Shown in pieces: positions 35,973 through 45,905 of a DNA stretch of 64,000 bases. Each line of letters starts with the position of its first letter. Position 1 is the first letter of the stretch. Position numbers and translations under genes: made by a program. The notes under the pieces were generated by a model. The model was not told the DNA's origin and did not search any database. It was given only the letters and a program-made list of their open reading frames with translations. Source of the stretch: Candidatus Harrisonbacteria bacterium (GTDB taxonomy: Bacteria > Patescibacteriota > Minisyncoccia > UBA6257 > WO2-44-18); the NCBI GenBank assembly GCA_016182295.1, contig JACOXP010000005.1:4926-68925 (forward strand), written 5' to 3'.

Positions 35973-36833
35973 TTAACGCCAGATTGTCAACAATGGGCTG
36001 GCAAGAAAAATCGATGAGTAAGTGCCGACCAAAGTACCCGCTAAAATCACTATCAAAAAGTTTTGCAGGTTAACTGGCCCAAAAAACAGGAGGGCGATGA
36101 TCGCGATAACCAGAGTTAAGGATGTATTAATGGATCGGGAAAGAGTTTGATTTACGCTCGCGTTGACTAAGTTGTTAAAATCCCCAGCCCCTTTGGAATT
36201 TTTAATATTTTCCCTAATACGATCAAAAACAACAATTGTGTCATGAACAGAGAACCCCATTACTACCAAAATAGCTACGACAAAATTAGTATCTATTTCG
36301 GCTCCGATGAAATAACCGAGCAGAGCGAAAAGCCCCGCTGGTATAACAGCGTCGTGGAATAAAGTCACCAAAGCGATAATCCCATATTTCCAAGAACTAA
36401 CCGGCTTTGAAACCTTGCGAAAAGCGAAAGCCACATAAATGGAAATCAACGCCAATACCAAACCAAAAGCCCAAATCGCCTTTCGACGAAGTTCATTTCC
36501 GATCACCGGGCCTATATTCTGAAATTGCAATTCTTCCAATTCTCCCACTGAACGAAATTCCGACAATAGCGATTCTTTTGCGGCTTCATCAAGCTCTTTA
36601 AGCCGAATCAAAAAGACGCCATTTTCTTGAGGAATGACCGTTCCTTCGCTCGCAATAACCGCCAACCTTTCCTGAGACGGCGCTTCTCCGAAGAATTTTA
36701 TTTGCCAGGCAACGCCGCCGGCAAAATCTATTCCCGGTTTAAGGCCAAAGAACAGGATGCTCGCCAAGCTGGCTAACGCGAGAAGCGCTGATAAGGTTAT
36801 AAAAATATGTTTTTTGCCGATAATGTTAAGCAT
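35973..36833 (-). CDS. secF: Protein translocase subunit SecF
   Basis: GIDFAGG, GFSVHDTIVVFDRIRE and GTYSSIFLASP. Confidence 0.96.
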   Translation of the reverse strand: MLNIIGKKHIFITLSALLALASLASILFFGLKPGIDFAGGVAWQIKFFGEAPSQERLAVIASEGTVIPQENGVFLIRLKELDEAAKESLLSEFRSVGELEELQFQNIGPVIGNELRRKAIWAFGLVLALISIYVAFAFRKVSKPVSSWKYGIIALVTLFHDAVIPAGLFALLGYFIGAEIDTNFVVAILVVMGFSVHDTIVVFDRIRENIKNSKGAGDFNNLVNASVNQTLSRSINTSLTLVIAIIALLFFGPVNLQNFLIVILAGTLVGTYSSIFLASPLLTIWR

Positions 36834-38073
36834 GATTTTTAATAAATAGTCGTAACATTACTCTGGTAACCGTAATCGCGCTGAACATGCTGATAAGAAC
36901 GCCGATTAAAAGCGCTAACGCGAATCCTCTCACGAAACTGGACGTCAAATAGTAAAGAATGACCGATGTGATAATAGTAGTGATGTTGGAATCGCGAATG
37001 GACGGCCAGGCGCGTTTGAATCCTTCCTCTAGGGAGGTCGCCAAACTAATGCCTTTCGCTATTTCTTCTTTGGAGCGAGCGAAAATCAAAATGTTGGCAT
37101 CCACCGCCATGCCAATCGACAATATAAATCCGGCTATTCCGGCCAAAGTCATCGTAATTCCAAAAAGCTTAAAAACAGAAACTGTAAAAATAACATAAAA
37201 GATTAAGGCCAAAGCGGCGACGTATCCCAAGCGGCGATAATAAATAATCATAAAAAGAATAATAGCCAGCGTTCCCAATGCTCCGGCAGTGATAGCTTTA
37301 TTCAAAGAGTCAGTCCCCAAAGTCGCGCCAATGGTCTGCTCGCTAATTATATGGATTGGGGCCGGAAGAGCGCCGGCATTAAGCAACTGGGCCAATCGCT
37401 TCGCTTCGTTAAAATCGAAACCGCCGGAAATTTGAGCGTTGCCACTGGGGATTTTTTCTTGCACTACCGGCATTGAAATTAATTCATCATCAAGAAAAAT
37501 AGCCAGGGGTTCGCCCACATTTTTTTCCGTAAGTTCGGAAAAAATCGCGCCGCCTTCGCTGTTAAATTGAATGGAAATAACCGGTTCGTTTGTGGTCGGA
37601 TTGGTTGTTACCACGGCGCGCTGGAGATATTTTCCAGTCAAAGTGGTCTTTTTAAAATCCAGTTGCGCCTCTTCTCCCTCACCGATCGCTTCAACTTCTC
37701 GAAAATCAAGCAAAGCCGTGCGGCCAATCAGGCGAATTGCTTCGGCGGTGTCTTTAATCCCAGCCAATTCCACTATGATTTGGTGGGAATCCCCCTGAAC
37801 AGCGGTAGTTACCCTGGGTTCGCTGACGCCGAAAACATTTACCCGCCTTTCCATCACGTCGCGCAGTCCGGCTAAAACAGAGTCCTGGTCCGCCGGAGCC
37901 ACTTCCGACATATCAACTTCATAAATTAAGTAGCTTCCACCCACCAGATCTAGGCCAAGACGCCAAGGCAAAACAATGCCACCAAGCCCTTTTGGATAAA
38001 CAAAAAACGCGGCTCCGACAAACAGGAAAGCAATTAGAAGAAAAAGAAGTAAATTTTTCGTTGCGGAATTCAT
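36826..38073 (-). CDS. secD: Protein translocase subunit SecD
   Basis: LGLDLVGG, RVNVFGVSEP, GALPAP and GMAVDANILIF. Confidence 0.96.
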   Translation of the reverse strand: MNSATKNLLLFLLIAFLFVGAAFFVYPKGLGGIVLPWRLGLDLVGGSYLIYEVDMSEVAPADQDSVLAGLRDVMERRVNVFGVSEPRVTTAVQGDSHQIIVELAGIKDTAEAIRLIGRTALLDFREVEAIGEGEEAQLDFKKTTLTGKYLQRAVVTTNPTTNEPVISIQFNSEGGAIFSELTEKNVGEPLAIFLDDELISMPVVQEKIPSGNAQISGGFDFNEAKRLAQLLNAGALPAPIHIISEQTIGATLGTDSLNKAITAGALGTLAIILFMIIYYRRLGYVAALALIFYVIFTVSVFKLFGITMTLAGIAGFILSIGMAVDANILIFARSKEEIAKGISLATSLEEGFKRAWPSIRDSNITTIITSVILYYLTSSFVRGFALALLIGVLISMFSAITVTRVMLRLFIKNHA

Positions 38074-38145
38074 TAATGAATTACTGAAAAATTGCTTTTA
38101 ACTATAATATTAAAAAATGGTTTTGACAATGCGTATAAAAAAATG

Positions 38146-38177
38146 AGCCCCAAGTGGTTGTTACCACAAGGGGCTCG
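38146..38177 (-). terminator. Hairpin/terminator downstream of the 38191-38682 gene
   Basis: GAGCCCC...GTGGT..ACCAC...GGGGCTC, preceded on the + strand by an A run. Confidence 0.55.
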
Positions 38178-38190
38178 GTTGATGATGAGC

Positions 38191-38682
38191 TTAGCTCGCC
38201 ACACACTTATAGACGCAGAATGGCATGAGCGAGAGAATGAGCTCTCGCTTGCGCCATGCCTTGCGAGACCGAACCCGGTCTTGCGTGGAGTCGGAGCAGA
38301 ACCAGGAATCCTCCGGATACTGCTCGATTTCCTTACAGGCATGAATTTCGATTCCCGCTCCGGCTTCGCGAACGGCTTGCTGAACATCTCGCAGAGCGCG
38401 CCAAAGATGCGGTTTGGCGGCTACGACCCACAACTCGGTGAGTCCGTGTCGCTCCGCCCACCGAACGGTTCCTCGCGCGATGCGCAAAGTCGGCGGTGGA
38501 TTTCCGGGATCTTCTTGCGTGTACTCCACTTGAATACTTTGCTCGACGTGAATATCGAGCTGGGTGTACACCGGAGCATTTAACTCCTGCGCCTTCTTCG
38601 CAACGATTTCGGCGATACGCCGATTGGAGCGAATCGTCCACGGCGCTCCAAAAGCGAACGCGACAATACCCGGGATTTTCAA
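38191..38682 (-). CDS. Hypothetical protein, possibly HUP-fold/DUF218-like
   Basis: AGGAGG SD; IVAFAFG...TLRIARG...LWVVAAKPHLWRA recalls the YdcF/DUF218 H-x-x-R motif. Confidence 0.65.
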   Translation of the reverse strand: MKIPGIVAFAFGAPWTIRSNRRIAEIVAKKAQELNAPVYTQLDIHVEQSIQVEYTQEDPGNPPPTLRIARGTVRWAERHGLTELWVVAAKPHLWRALRDVQQAVREAGAGIEIHACKEIEQYPEDSWFCSDSTQDRVRSRKAWRKRELILSLMPFCVYKCVAS

Positions 38683-38779
38683 GCTTCACCTCCTAATGTA
38701 TTGGGTTAGAAAAGAGCCGATTCTTGACTGCCGAAATCGTAACATATATCCTCCATTTTGTAAAGGGATAACAAAAATT

Positions 38780-38817
38780 AAAAAAACCCGCCAGAGCTCC
38801 GAAAGGAGATGGCGGGT
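38780..38817 (-). terminator. Terminator downstream of the 38884-39456 gene
   Basis: AAAAAAACCCGCCA...TGGCGGGT. Confidence 0.6.
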
Positions 38818-38883
38818 CAGTGATATCCGAGGTTCAGATCCCGAATCCAGGTTCGTCCCAGGCGTCGAAGATGTTTTTCCTCG

Positions 38884-39456
38884 TTATTGATTGGCGGGAT
38901 CACAGTTGTGACGCTCGATGTTGTGGCCGTTCTTATCAAATACTTCCGTAAACGACCCGCCATCGACTGAATAGCCGTAACCACCCTGATACCAGCCAAA
39001 AGTGGCGGAGACAGCCCCACACTGATTGCAGCGCTCCAACCGTTCCAAGATTGTCTGGGTATGATATTCTCTCGGGTCACCCTTGATAATTTTATCCACG
39101 GCTTGTTTAATCTCTGGTTCAAGCGTCGTGATTACCGGTACACATTCTGTGAAGGCGTTGTGCGCTTCGATGGCCTTGAGTTTTAGTACTCCTGCCGCTT
39201 CTTCTCCACAGTTGATGATCTCCATCTTTTGTACACGTGGAAGATGGAACACTGAACCGATTGTCTCACCGTGATACTTTTCAAGGCAAAACGCGGCGAT
39301 CTCCGCGCGATAGGCAAGGGATTCTTCCGTATCTCCCGCGAGCAAGCCCCATGCCTTACCTTGATCCTCAACTCGTTTGGCGTTTCTCGCATAACGACGT
39401 TCGTCGCCGCGAAGTCGTTCTGCCTCGATGAGTAGTGCTTCGAATCTTTTGTCCAT
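38884..39456 (-). CDS. Hypothetical protein with CxxC
   Basis: ATG 39456 (MDKRFEALL) with a purine-rich SD; RCNQCG and a terminal HNC could be Zn ligands. Confidence 0.6.
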   Translation of the reverse strand: MDKRFEALLIEAERLRGDERRYARNAKRVEDQGKAWGLLAGDTEESLAYRAEIAAFCLEKYHGETIGSVFHLPRVQKMEIINCGEEAAGVLKLKAIEAHNAFTECVPVITTLEPEIKQAVDKIIKGDPREYHTQTILERLERCNQCGAVSATFGWYQGGYGYSVDGGSFTEVFDKNGHNIERHNCDPANQ

Positions 39457-39602
39457 TGCGACCCCCTTTTCAATTGTTTTGGTGCTGATTTTGGCGAGCG
39501 AATCAGGTGAAAAACCCAATCCTACTAACTCGTCAAATCCGCACTGATATTACACGAATAAACTCCTTTGTCAAGCGAAAACGGAAATCGAAAGTCAGAT
39601 TT

Positions 39603-39676
39603 TGGTGCCCCCACATGGAATCGAACCATGGTCAACTGCTTAAAAGGCAGCTGCTTTACCATTAAGCTATGGGGGC
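39603..39676 (-). tRNA. tRNA-Lys(TTT)
   Basis: GCCCCCA/TGGGGGC acceptor stem, GCTGC-CT-TTT-AA-GCAGT anticodon arm, encoded CCA. Confidence 0.95.
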
Positions 39677-39722
39677 GTCTTTCGCTTATTTTAATACAAA
39701 ACCCCCGCTTTGACAAATTACT

Positions 39723-40820
39723 TTATTCTATTTCCCGCTCAAGATCCTCTAAAATTTTTTTGGCTTTGGCGTTGAGTCTTTTGGGAGCGCGGACCTCCCA
39801 TTCAACATAAAGATCGCCGCGGCCGCGGCCTCCGAACTTAGTCATTCCTTCTCCGGAAATTTTTACGCGTTCCCGCAAATCCACTCCCGCCGGAATCACC
39901 ATAAAAACTTTATTGCCGCTGATAGTCGGTATTTCAATTTTTTTCTCCAATAACACATCCAACAAGTCAATCTCTTTTTTTACAAAAAGGTCGTCATTAA
40001 ATCGTTTAAAAATTTTATGATCGGCTATTTTTATCCTAAGATAAAGGTCGCCTGGCTCCGCTCCCCGCTCTCCGGCATCTCCCGCTTTGGGAATTTTAAT
40101 AAGTTGATCATTGGCTACTCCGGGAGCGATTGTTATTTTAATTTCTTTGGAAACCTTTACTCTTCCGGTTCCGGAACACTCTCGGCAGGGTTTTTTGGGA
40201 ATTTGACCGCTACCCGAACATTTCGGGCAAGTTTTTACCTGGGAAATATTTCCGAAAAAAGTGCTTCGGGATTCCCGAATTTCCCCCCGCCCGCTGCAAG
40301 TCGAGCATTCGCTGACGCCTTCAGAAGCAAAATACCCCAGGCCGGAGCATTGGCCGCAGGAAGTAAAAACTTTAACTTTAATATTTCGATCAATGCCGCG
40401 AAAAGCTTCCTCAAAAGTAATTTCTTCAACAACCTCTAAATCAGAACCGCGATTATAACTTTTTCGTTTTCTGACTCCCAATCCCTCAAAAAACGCGTCG
40501 AAAATATCGCTGATATTGCCAAGATCCTCCGCGTTGCTCGGATCGAAGCCAAAACCAAACTCAAAATTTCCGAAGGGGTTATCCCCGCCGGGAGAAGGTC
40601 CGCCTCCGGCGGAAAAAACCCGCCCAAAGCGGTCGTATTGCGATCGTTTTTCTTTATTGGAGAGGACCTGATAGGCCTCGTTAATTTCTTTAAATTTTTC
40701 AGAATTTCCACCGGCTTTGTCCGGATGATGTTGGTGAGCCAATTTACGGTAAGCTCGCTTGATGTCGTCTTCCGTAGCGCCCTTACCGACACCAAGAATT
40801 TGGTAATAATCTTTAGGCAT
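39723..40820 (-). CDS. dnaJ: Chaperone DnaJ
   Basis: J domain with HPD, G/F-rich region and four CxxCxGxG repeats. Confidence 0.97.
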   Translation of the reverse strand: MPKDYYQILGVGKGATEDDIKRAYRKLAHQHHPDKAGGNSEKFKEINEAYQVLSNKEKRSQYDRFGRVFSAGGGPSPGGDNPFGNFEFGFGFDPSNAEDLGNISDIFDAFFEGLGVRKRKSYNRGSDLEVVEEITFEEAFRGIDRNIKVKVFTSCGQCSGLGYFASEGVSECSTCSGRGEIRESRSTFFGNISQVKTCPKCSGSGQIPKKPCRECSGTGRVKVSKEIKITIAPGVANDQLIKIPKAGDAGERGAEPGDLYLRIKIADHKIFKRFNDDLFVKKEIDLLDVLLEKKIEIPTISGNKVFMVIPAGVDLRERVKISGEGMTKFGGRGRGDLYVEWEVRAPKRLNAKAKKILEDLEREIE

Positions 40821-40835
40821 TATCTAAATATTTTT

Positions 40836-41759
40836 TTACTCTAATACTATAACAGTTTTGCTCTTACTCTGCAATTCAATCCGGCAAAAATTCATTGCCA
40901 ACAGTAATTGATAGAGCAGAACCGCCAGAGCGATTGCCAACCAATTAATAATAATTAACAAAAATTTAGCCATTAAGAAAATCAAAAACCCAACGCCTAT
41001 TAAAGTCAGATTTCTCGCAAAAGGCGTTAAGGCAAGCAATCTTCCGACAGTGGCGCGGTAAAAAATATCCAATAAACTATCGCTGGTTTTCGCGGGTACA
41101 CCGGTCAAGTTTCCAAAAACTTCGCTAAGACGCGAGGCCGATTCCGAAATAAATTCATTTTTAGTGGCTTGCGAAGCGTTAGCCAGCTCTTCTGGAAGAA
41201 GCGCCGCGGCAATTTCAGTTATTGATTTTTGAATTGAAAACCCGGGAATATAACCGGCCGCGATTGGCTCCGCCGGTTTAATTATTATGGAAAGAGTTTC
41301 TTTGACTGACGTTGGATCGCTTAAATTAAAAGACCCGAGATAGGCGATGATCGCGAAAAGAGCAATTGCGGAAGAAGCGGGACCTAAAATAGCGAGACCA
41401 GTTTTGGTAAATTTTATTTCCAAACTATTTTTTAACTCAAGACGGCCTCGATAATATCCCCACAAAAGAAGAATCGAAAAAATGCTCATAGCGGTTATGG
41501 AAACTGTTGAAAATGGCGCGCCCGAGGAAACACCCACCGCTATAGCGGAAAAGATAATAATTAAAAATTTCGGAAAGAAAATATCCAATAATAAAGTTTG
41601 AATAAGAAAAATACTTAGAAATAAAGCTCCGGCCAAAGCCAAAAATATTAAAGAAATTAAACTGCCGTCAGCGACAAAGTTCCTAAAAGCTAATCCAAAA
41701 ATAATCGCGGCGATTATCGAAACCGCTCCCAAAATGATTGTTTTAAGGTCTCGGCTCAT
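40836..41759 (-). CDS. Multi-pass membrane hypothetical protein between dnaK and dnaJ
   Basis: ATG 41759 ([11 protein letters not shown]), 307 aa, about 7 TM helices; overlaps the dnaK stop. Confidence 0.75.
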   Translation of the reverse strand: MSRDLKTIILGAVSIIAAIIFGLAFRNFVADGSLISLIFLALAGALFLSIFLIQTLLLDIFFPKFLIIIFSAIAVGVSSGAPFSTVSITAMSIFSILLLWGYYRGRLELKNSLEIKFTKTGLAILGPASSAIALFAIIAYLGSFNLSDPTSVKETLSIIIKPAEPIAAGYIPGFSIQKSITEIAAALLPEELANASQATKNEFISESASRLSEVFGNLTGVPAKTSDSLLDIFYRATVGRLLALTPFARNLTLIGVGFLIFLMAKFLLIIINWLAIALAVLLYQLLLAMNFCRIELQSKSKTVIVLE

Positions 41760-43587
41760 TATTATTTTTGTGCATGGTCTGGCCGATTTTTTGGATCTCT
41801 GCTGATAAATCGGCCGCGGCGGCGCGAATCGCCGCCAAATCCGCTCCATCTTTTACCGCTTTAAGAGCTTCGATTTTTTTAGTAACCGTTTCTTTTACGT
41901 CGGCAGGCGCTTTATCACCAGCGTCCTTCAAAGATTTTTCCGAAACGTAAACAAGATTTTCGGCGTTGTTTCGCGCTTCCGCGAGATCTTTCTTCTGCTT
42001 GTCTTCGTTGGCGAATTTTGCCGCCTCGGATTTTAAGCGCTCAATTTCTTCTTTAGACAAAGAGGTGGTAGCCTCGATTTTAACCGATTGTGACTTTCCG
42101 GTAGTTTTGTCTTTGGCGGAAACATTAAGAATGCCGTTAGCGTCAATATCGAAAGTAACCTCAACCTGCGGCGTTCCCCGCGGAGCCGGCGGAATGCCGT
42201 CTAAAATGAAACGAGCGAGGGTTTTATTATCAGTCGCCATTGGGCGCTCACCTTGCAAAATATGAATTTCCACAGATGGCTGATTGTCTGAAGCGGTGGA
42301 AAAAACTTGGCTTTTAGCGGTGGGGACGGTGGTGTTTTTTTCGATAATTTTAGTGAAAACACCGCCGAGAGTTTCAAGACCGAGAGAAAGCGGGGTTACG
42401 TCCAGCAAAAGCACGTCTTTGACGTCTCCCTGGAGAATACCCGCCTGAATCGCCGCTCCCATCGCTACCACTTCGTCCGGGTTTAGGTTTTTATGAGGTT
42501 CTTTGCCGAAATACTTTTTTACCGCTTCTTGAATCGCCGGCATCCTGGTTTGACCGCCAACTAATACAATTTCGTTAATGTCAGAAGGAGGGAACTTTGC
42601 TTCTCGAATTGTTTGGCCAAGAATTTCGACGGACCGATCTATTAACTCGCGCACTAATTCTTCAAGCTTCGCTCGGGAAAGTTTCATCAGAAAATGTTTG
42701 GGACCAGAAGCGTCGGAACTGACATAGGGCAGGTTTATCTCGGTTTCAAAAGCGCCGGAAAGTTCGTGCTTCGCCTTTTCCGCCGCCTCCTTCAAGCGTT
42801 GAAGCGCCAAAGGGTCTTTGGCAAGATCAATCCCCGACTCTTTTTTATATTCGTTAACCAGATATTCAATAATTTTTTTATCAAAATCATCGCCGCCAAG
42901 ATGAGTATCGCCGCCGGTGGCTTTAACTTCTACCGTGTCGTCCCCAACTTCCAAGACGGAAACGTCAAACGTGCCTCCGCCAAGATCATAGACAACGATT
43001 CGCTCATCCTTCTTTTTATTTAGTCCGTAGGCAAGCGCGGCCGCTGTTGGCTCGTTTAAAATGCGGCGCACTTTAAGACCGGCGATTTCACCGGCGTTTT
43101 TAGTCGCCTGCCGCTGGCTGTCGTCAAAATAAGCCGGCACGGTAATGACCGCTTCCTCAATCTTTTCTCCTAATTTTGCCTCGGCGTCCGCTTTTAGCTT
43201 AGCTAAAACCATTGCTGAAATTTCTTCCGGCTTGTACCAGCGAGCTTGCCCTGAGCTCGTCGAGGGGTCTCCCATTTTCACTTCTACCCCGCCGCTTTCG
43301 GCCGCGCGGATTTCGTAAGGAAGCCAATTCTTATCGTGCTGAACTTCCGGATCGGTAAATTTCCGGCCAATCAAACGCTTCACGGAAAAAATGGTGTTCT
43401 TGGGATTTGTTATCGCCTGACGTTTCGCCAGAAGACCGACTAACCGCTCACCGGACTTGCTGATTGCCGCTATCGAAGGCGTAACTCTGGATCCTTCGGC
43501 GTTTTCTAAAATGCGAGGCCCGCCCGTTTCCGTAACGGCCATTTCTGAATATGTAGTTCCTAAATCTATGCCAATTATTTTGCTCAT
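41743..43587 (-). CDS. dnaK: Chaperone DnaK
   Basis: [34 protein letters not shown] and FDIDANGI. Confidence 0.98.
   Translation of the reverse strand: MSKIIGIDLGTTYSEMAVTETGGPRILENAEGSRVTPSIAAISKSGERLVGLLAKRQAITNPKNTIFSVKRLIGRKFTDPEVQHDKNWLPYEIRAAESGGVEVKMGDPSTSSGQARWYKPEEISAMVLAKLKADAEAKLGEKIEEAVITVPAYFDDSQRQATKNAGEIAGLKVRRILNEPTAAALAYGLNKKKDERIVVYDLGGGTFDVSVLEVGDDTVEVKATGGDTHLGGDDFDKKIIEYLVNEYKKESGIDLAKDPLALQRLKEAAEKAKHELSGAFETEINLPYVSSDASGPKHFLMKLSRAKLEELVRELIDRSVEILGQTIREAKFPPSDINEIVLVGGQTRMPAIQEAVKKYFGKEPHKNLNPDEVVAMGAAIQAGILQGDVKDVLLLDVTPLSLGLETLGGVFTKIIEKNTTVPTAKSQVFSTASDNQPSVEIHILQGERPMATDNKTLARFILDGIPPAPRGTPQVEVTFDIDANGILNVSAKDKTTGKSQSVKIEATTSLSKEEIERLKSEAAKFANEDKQKKDLAEARNNAENLVYVSEKSLKDAGDKAPADVKETVTKKIEALKAVKDGADLAAIRAAAADLSAEIQKIGQTMHKNNNEPRP
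43246..43268 (+). repeat. 23-nt dispersed repeat inserted in-frame in dnaK (PSTSSGQA)
   Basis: TTGCCCTGAGCTCGTCGAGGGGT interrupts the usual KMGD-x-WYKPEE segment; similar copy in fmt. Confidence 0.75.
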
Positions 43588-43596
43588 TGCGTTTTT

Positions 43597-44031
43597 TTAT
43601 AAATTTTTAACTTTTGACCCTTTAGATATTTTAACACGACTTGGTCTTAAAACTCTTCCATTCAAGGCGTAACCAGCCAAAACTTCTTCTAAAATAACGT
43701 TTTGGGGCTGATCCGATTCAATCTCCTCAACGGATTCATGGTAAAGAGGGTCGAAGGTTTGGCCTTCGGAAATGGTAATTTTTTCTAAACCCTGCTTTTT
43801 CAAAATTCCTTCCAGCTGACTCTTAATCGCTAAAATACCAGCATCCTTGTTAGTTTTTTCAAACTCCGCCCAACTATCTAAAACCGGCAGAAATTCCAGT
43901 AAAAGGCCGGCGTTGGCGAATTTAACAAACTCCTCCAGACGTCTATTCTCGTCTTTTTGGTAGTTAATGAAATCCGCCTTCGCTCTTTTGAGTTCGTTAA
44001 GGTATTTGTCAGCAAGATTTTCTTCTGCCAT
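43597..44031 (-). CDS. grpE: Nucleotide exchange factor GrpE
   Basis: KRAKADFINYQK, FLPVLD, FDPLYHES and GYALNGRVLRPSRV; start MAEENL at 44031. Confidence 0.95.
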   Translation of the reverse strand: MAEENLADKYLNELKRAKADFINYQKDENRRLEEFVKFANAGLLLEFLPVLDSWAEFEKTNKDAGILAIKSQLEGILKKQGLEKITISEGQTFDPLYHESVEEIESDQPQNVILEEVLAGYALNGRVLRPSRVKISKGSKVKNL

Positions 44032-44141
44032 TGAAGAATATTTTAAAAACTTTTTATACAATTGTCAACGACGACGCTTTCCGGTCTCTCGGACAACTAA
44101 AAAGCCCCACTAACGTGTGGGGCGGACGTGGAGTCCATCGG

Positions 44142-44930
44142 CTATTTCAAGCTAATGGATAATCCAATGCCGATCATCAATCGGCTTTCTTCCTCAACCT
44201 GCTGGTAGTAATTCAGAGTTGAAAGAAGAGCAACTTGATTCCAAAGCGGATAGGTTGCTTCCGCGCGGAGGCCAAGGCGGCGATTTTCTGAACTTATTTG
44301 GACATACGGCTCCAGATCCAGTCGGAAATCCCCGCACCTGAATTTAGCTTCACAGCTAAATTCATAATTGGCCGTGTCTTCCCCCCCGATAAAATAACCT
44401 CGGGGGAAATACCGATCTTTGACCTCGATTGGATCAGTGTTGTTTAAAAACAATTTTGATCCGAAAGCAAGATCGATACCGAATTTCTCAACGCCAAGCT
44501 TTGCGCAACGCCACTCCGCGAAGAGCCAGTCCTGAAATCGGCCATTTTCGCCCTTGGTCATCAGATCGTCAGCCGGCGTCCGTTTGTCGGCGTTATGCCA
44601 GCTGTGATGACCCAAGCCGACTGACCAAGTTTCGATAACCGCCAGATCGAGAATGGCAAACGCGCCGGCGCGGGATACCTTGTTGTCATTCGACGCCCAA
44701 ATATAAGGTTCCAGATTGAGCTTCAGCCAATCCGTGAACTTCACATCGGCATCGAGCGCGACTCGGTAATCCGCCGACTCATCGTGATTTTTGTAAACTA
44801 ACCGGATATATTCCGGTTCGTTGTTTATCACGAAGCGTTCGATTTTCAAATCGCCGGAGATTTTCCAGTCCTGAGCGCGGGCAACGGCCGAGAAAAGAAA
44901 GCAGAAAAAAACCACCGGTAAGTTTCGCAT
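44142..44930 (-). CDS. Secreted beta-strand-rich protein, beta-barrel-like
   Basis: Signal peptide ending AVARA-Q; alternating hydrophobic strands; has its own promoter, AAGGAG SD and downstream hairpin (44103-44123). Confidence 0.7.
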   Translation of the reverse strand: MRNLPVVFFCFLFSAVARAQDWKISGDLKIERFVINNEPEYIRLVYKNHDESADYRVALDADVKFTDWLKLNLEPYIWASNDNKVSRAGAFAILDLAVIETWSVGLGHHSWHNADKRTPADDLMTKGENGRFQDWLFAEWRCAKLGVEKFGIDLAFGSKLFLNNTDPIEVKDRYFPRGYFIGGEDTANYEFSCEAKFRCGDFRLDLEPYVQISSENRRLGLRAEATYPLWNQVALLSTLNYYQQVEEESRLMIGIGLSISLK

Positions 44931-44999
44931 TTTCCATCTCCTTATTAAAAATGTTTAAGGTACTGGCAAACTGTACCTTATTTTTGCTAAAAAGTCAAG

Positions 45000-45893
45000 T
45001 TAATCCCCAAAGTCAGCGCAGAGGACCCTAATACTGGGCGTAGCGGTTGAGCAACCTACACTATTTCCAGTATTTACTCCAGTACCTGACCATCCGCCAA
45101 GACAGATAGCGGTAAGAGAAAGCGCTTGACAAGCCGCCGTTCCGCCTTGACCAAGACCGGCCGATGATCCTACATTAGTAAAAATTGAAACTGATCCATT
45201 AACACCACTGATTTTTCTGACAACTAATTGATTAGCTCCGTTTCCGGCAATTTCCAACGCGCCAATCATTGGAGTTACGCTGACCGGGCCAATACCTATA
45301 AAACCGGAGCTAGTTATTGTAAATGGTAACAATCCGTTGCTACCGAACTGCACCTTTCCCGCTTCTAGATTAACAATTTTGGTGTCATTTCTTTCCTGAA
45401 GTATTCTTAAACCATCATTACCGGTAGAACCGGATATGGTATTTGTAACTCTTACTCCAGCCGTATCGCTATCCGTAGAATTTATTGTTAGTTTATCCGT
45501 GGGCAACCCCCCAATTCCTACACTAGCCCCATCTACAGTTAACGCGTCATCGCCCATTAATATAATACGGGCATCATAATCAGAAGAATTATCGTTGCTA
45601 AAATCTACATAAGGAGTACCGCCGGAACCGCCTAGCTCAATGGACGCTCCCTGATCTATTTTTAAACTACCTCGAGTGCCCCATCGTGTGTCTCCGCCAA
45701 CATGAAGTTTGGCATCCGGGATAGCAATTCCGATTCCAACATTACCCGCGGAAACTGTAATTGCTCCGGATCCTCCGGGTGGATTCTGGTTGGGATTCGT
45801 CCATCCAAAAACAAGATCCGTTATCAGCCAACCGGCAAAAAACAAAGCTACGATGTTTGTCCAGAAAAGAGGTTTTTTAATCAGATTTGTCAT
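45000..45893 (-). CDS. Surface fibre/adhesin-like protein with GNVGIG repeats (paralog A)
   Basis: N-terminal TM helix plus WTNPNQNPPGGS, GNVGIG repeats, Cys-containing C-terminus. Confidence 0.75.
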   Translation of the reverse strand: MTNLIKKPLFWTNIVALFFAGWLITDLVFGWTNPNQNPPGGSGAITVSAGNVGIGIAIPDAKLHVGGDTRWGTRGSLKIDQGASIELGGSGGTPYVDFSNDNSSDYDARIILMGDDALTVDGASVGIGGLPTDKLTINSTDSDTAGVRVTNTISGSTGNDGLRILQERNDTKIVNLEAGKVQFGSNGLLPFTITSSGFIGIGPVSVTPMIGALEIAGNGANQLVVRKISGVNGSVSIFTNVGSSAGLGQGGTAACQALSLTAICLGGWSGTGVNTGNSVGCSTATPSIRVLCADFGD

Positions 45894-45905
45894 AAGTTAA
45901 TTAAA

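Noticed and set aside
38073-38890. Alternative overlapping ORFs (38092-38583 +, 38333-38689 - and others)
   Set aside because: They are shadow frames of the SD-led 38191-38682 gene in GC-richer DNA.
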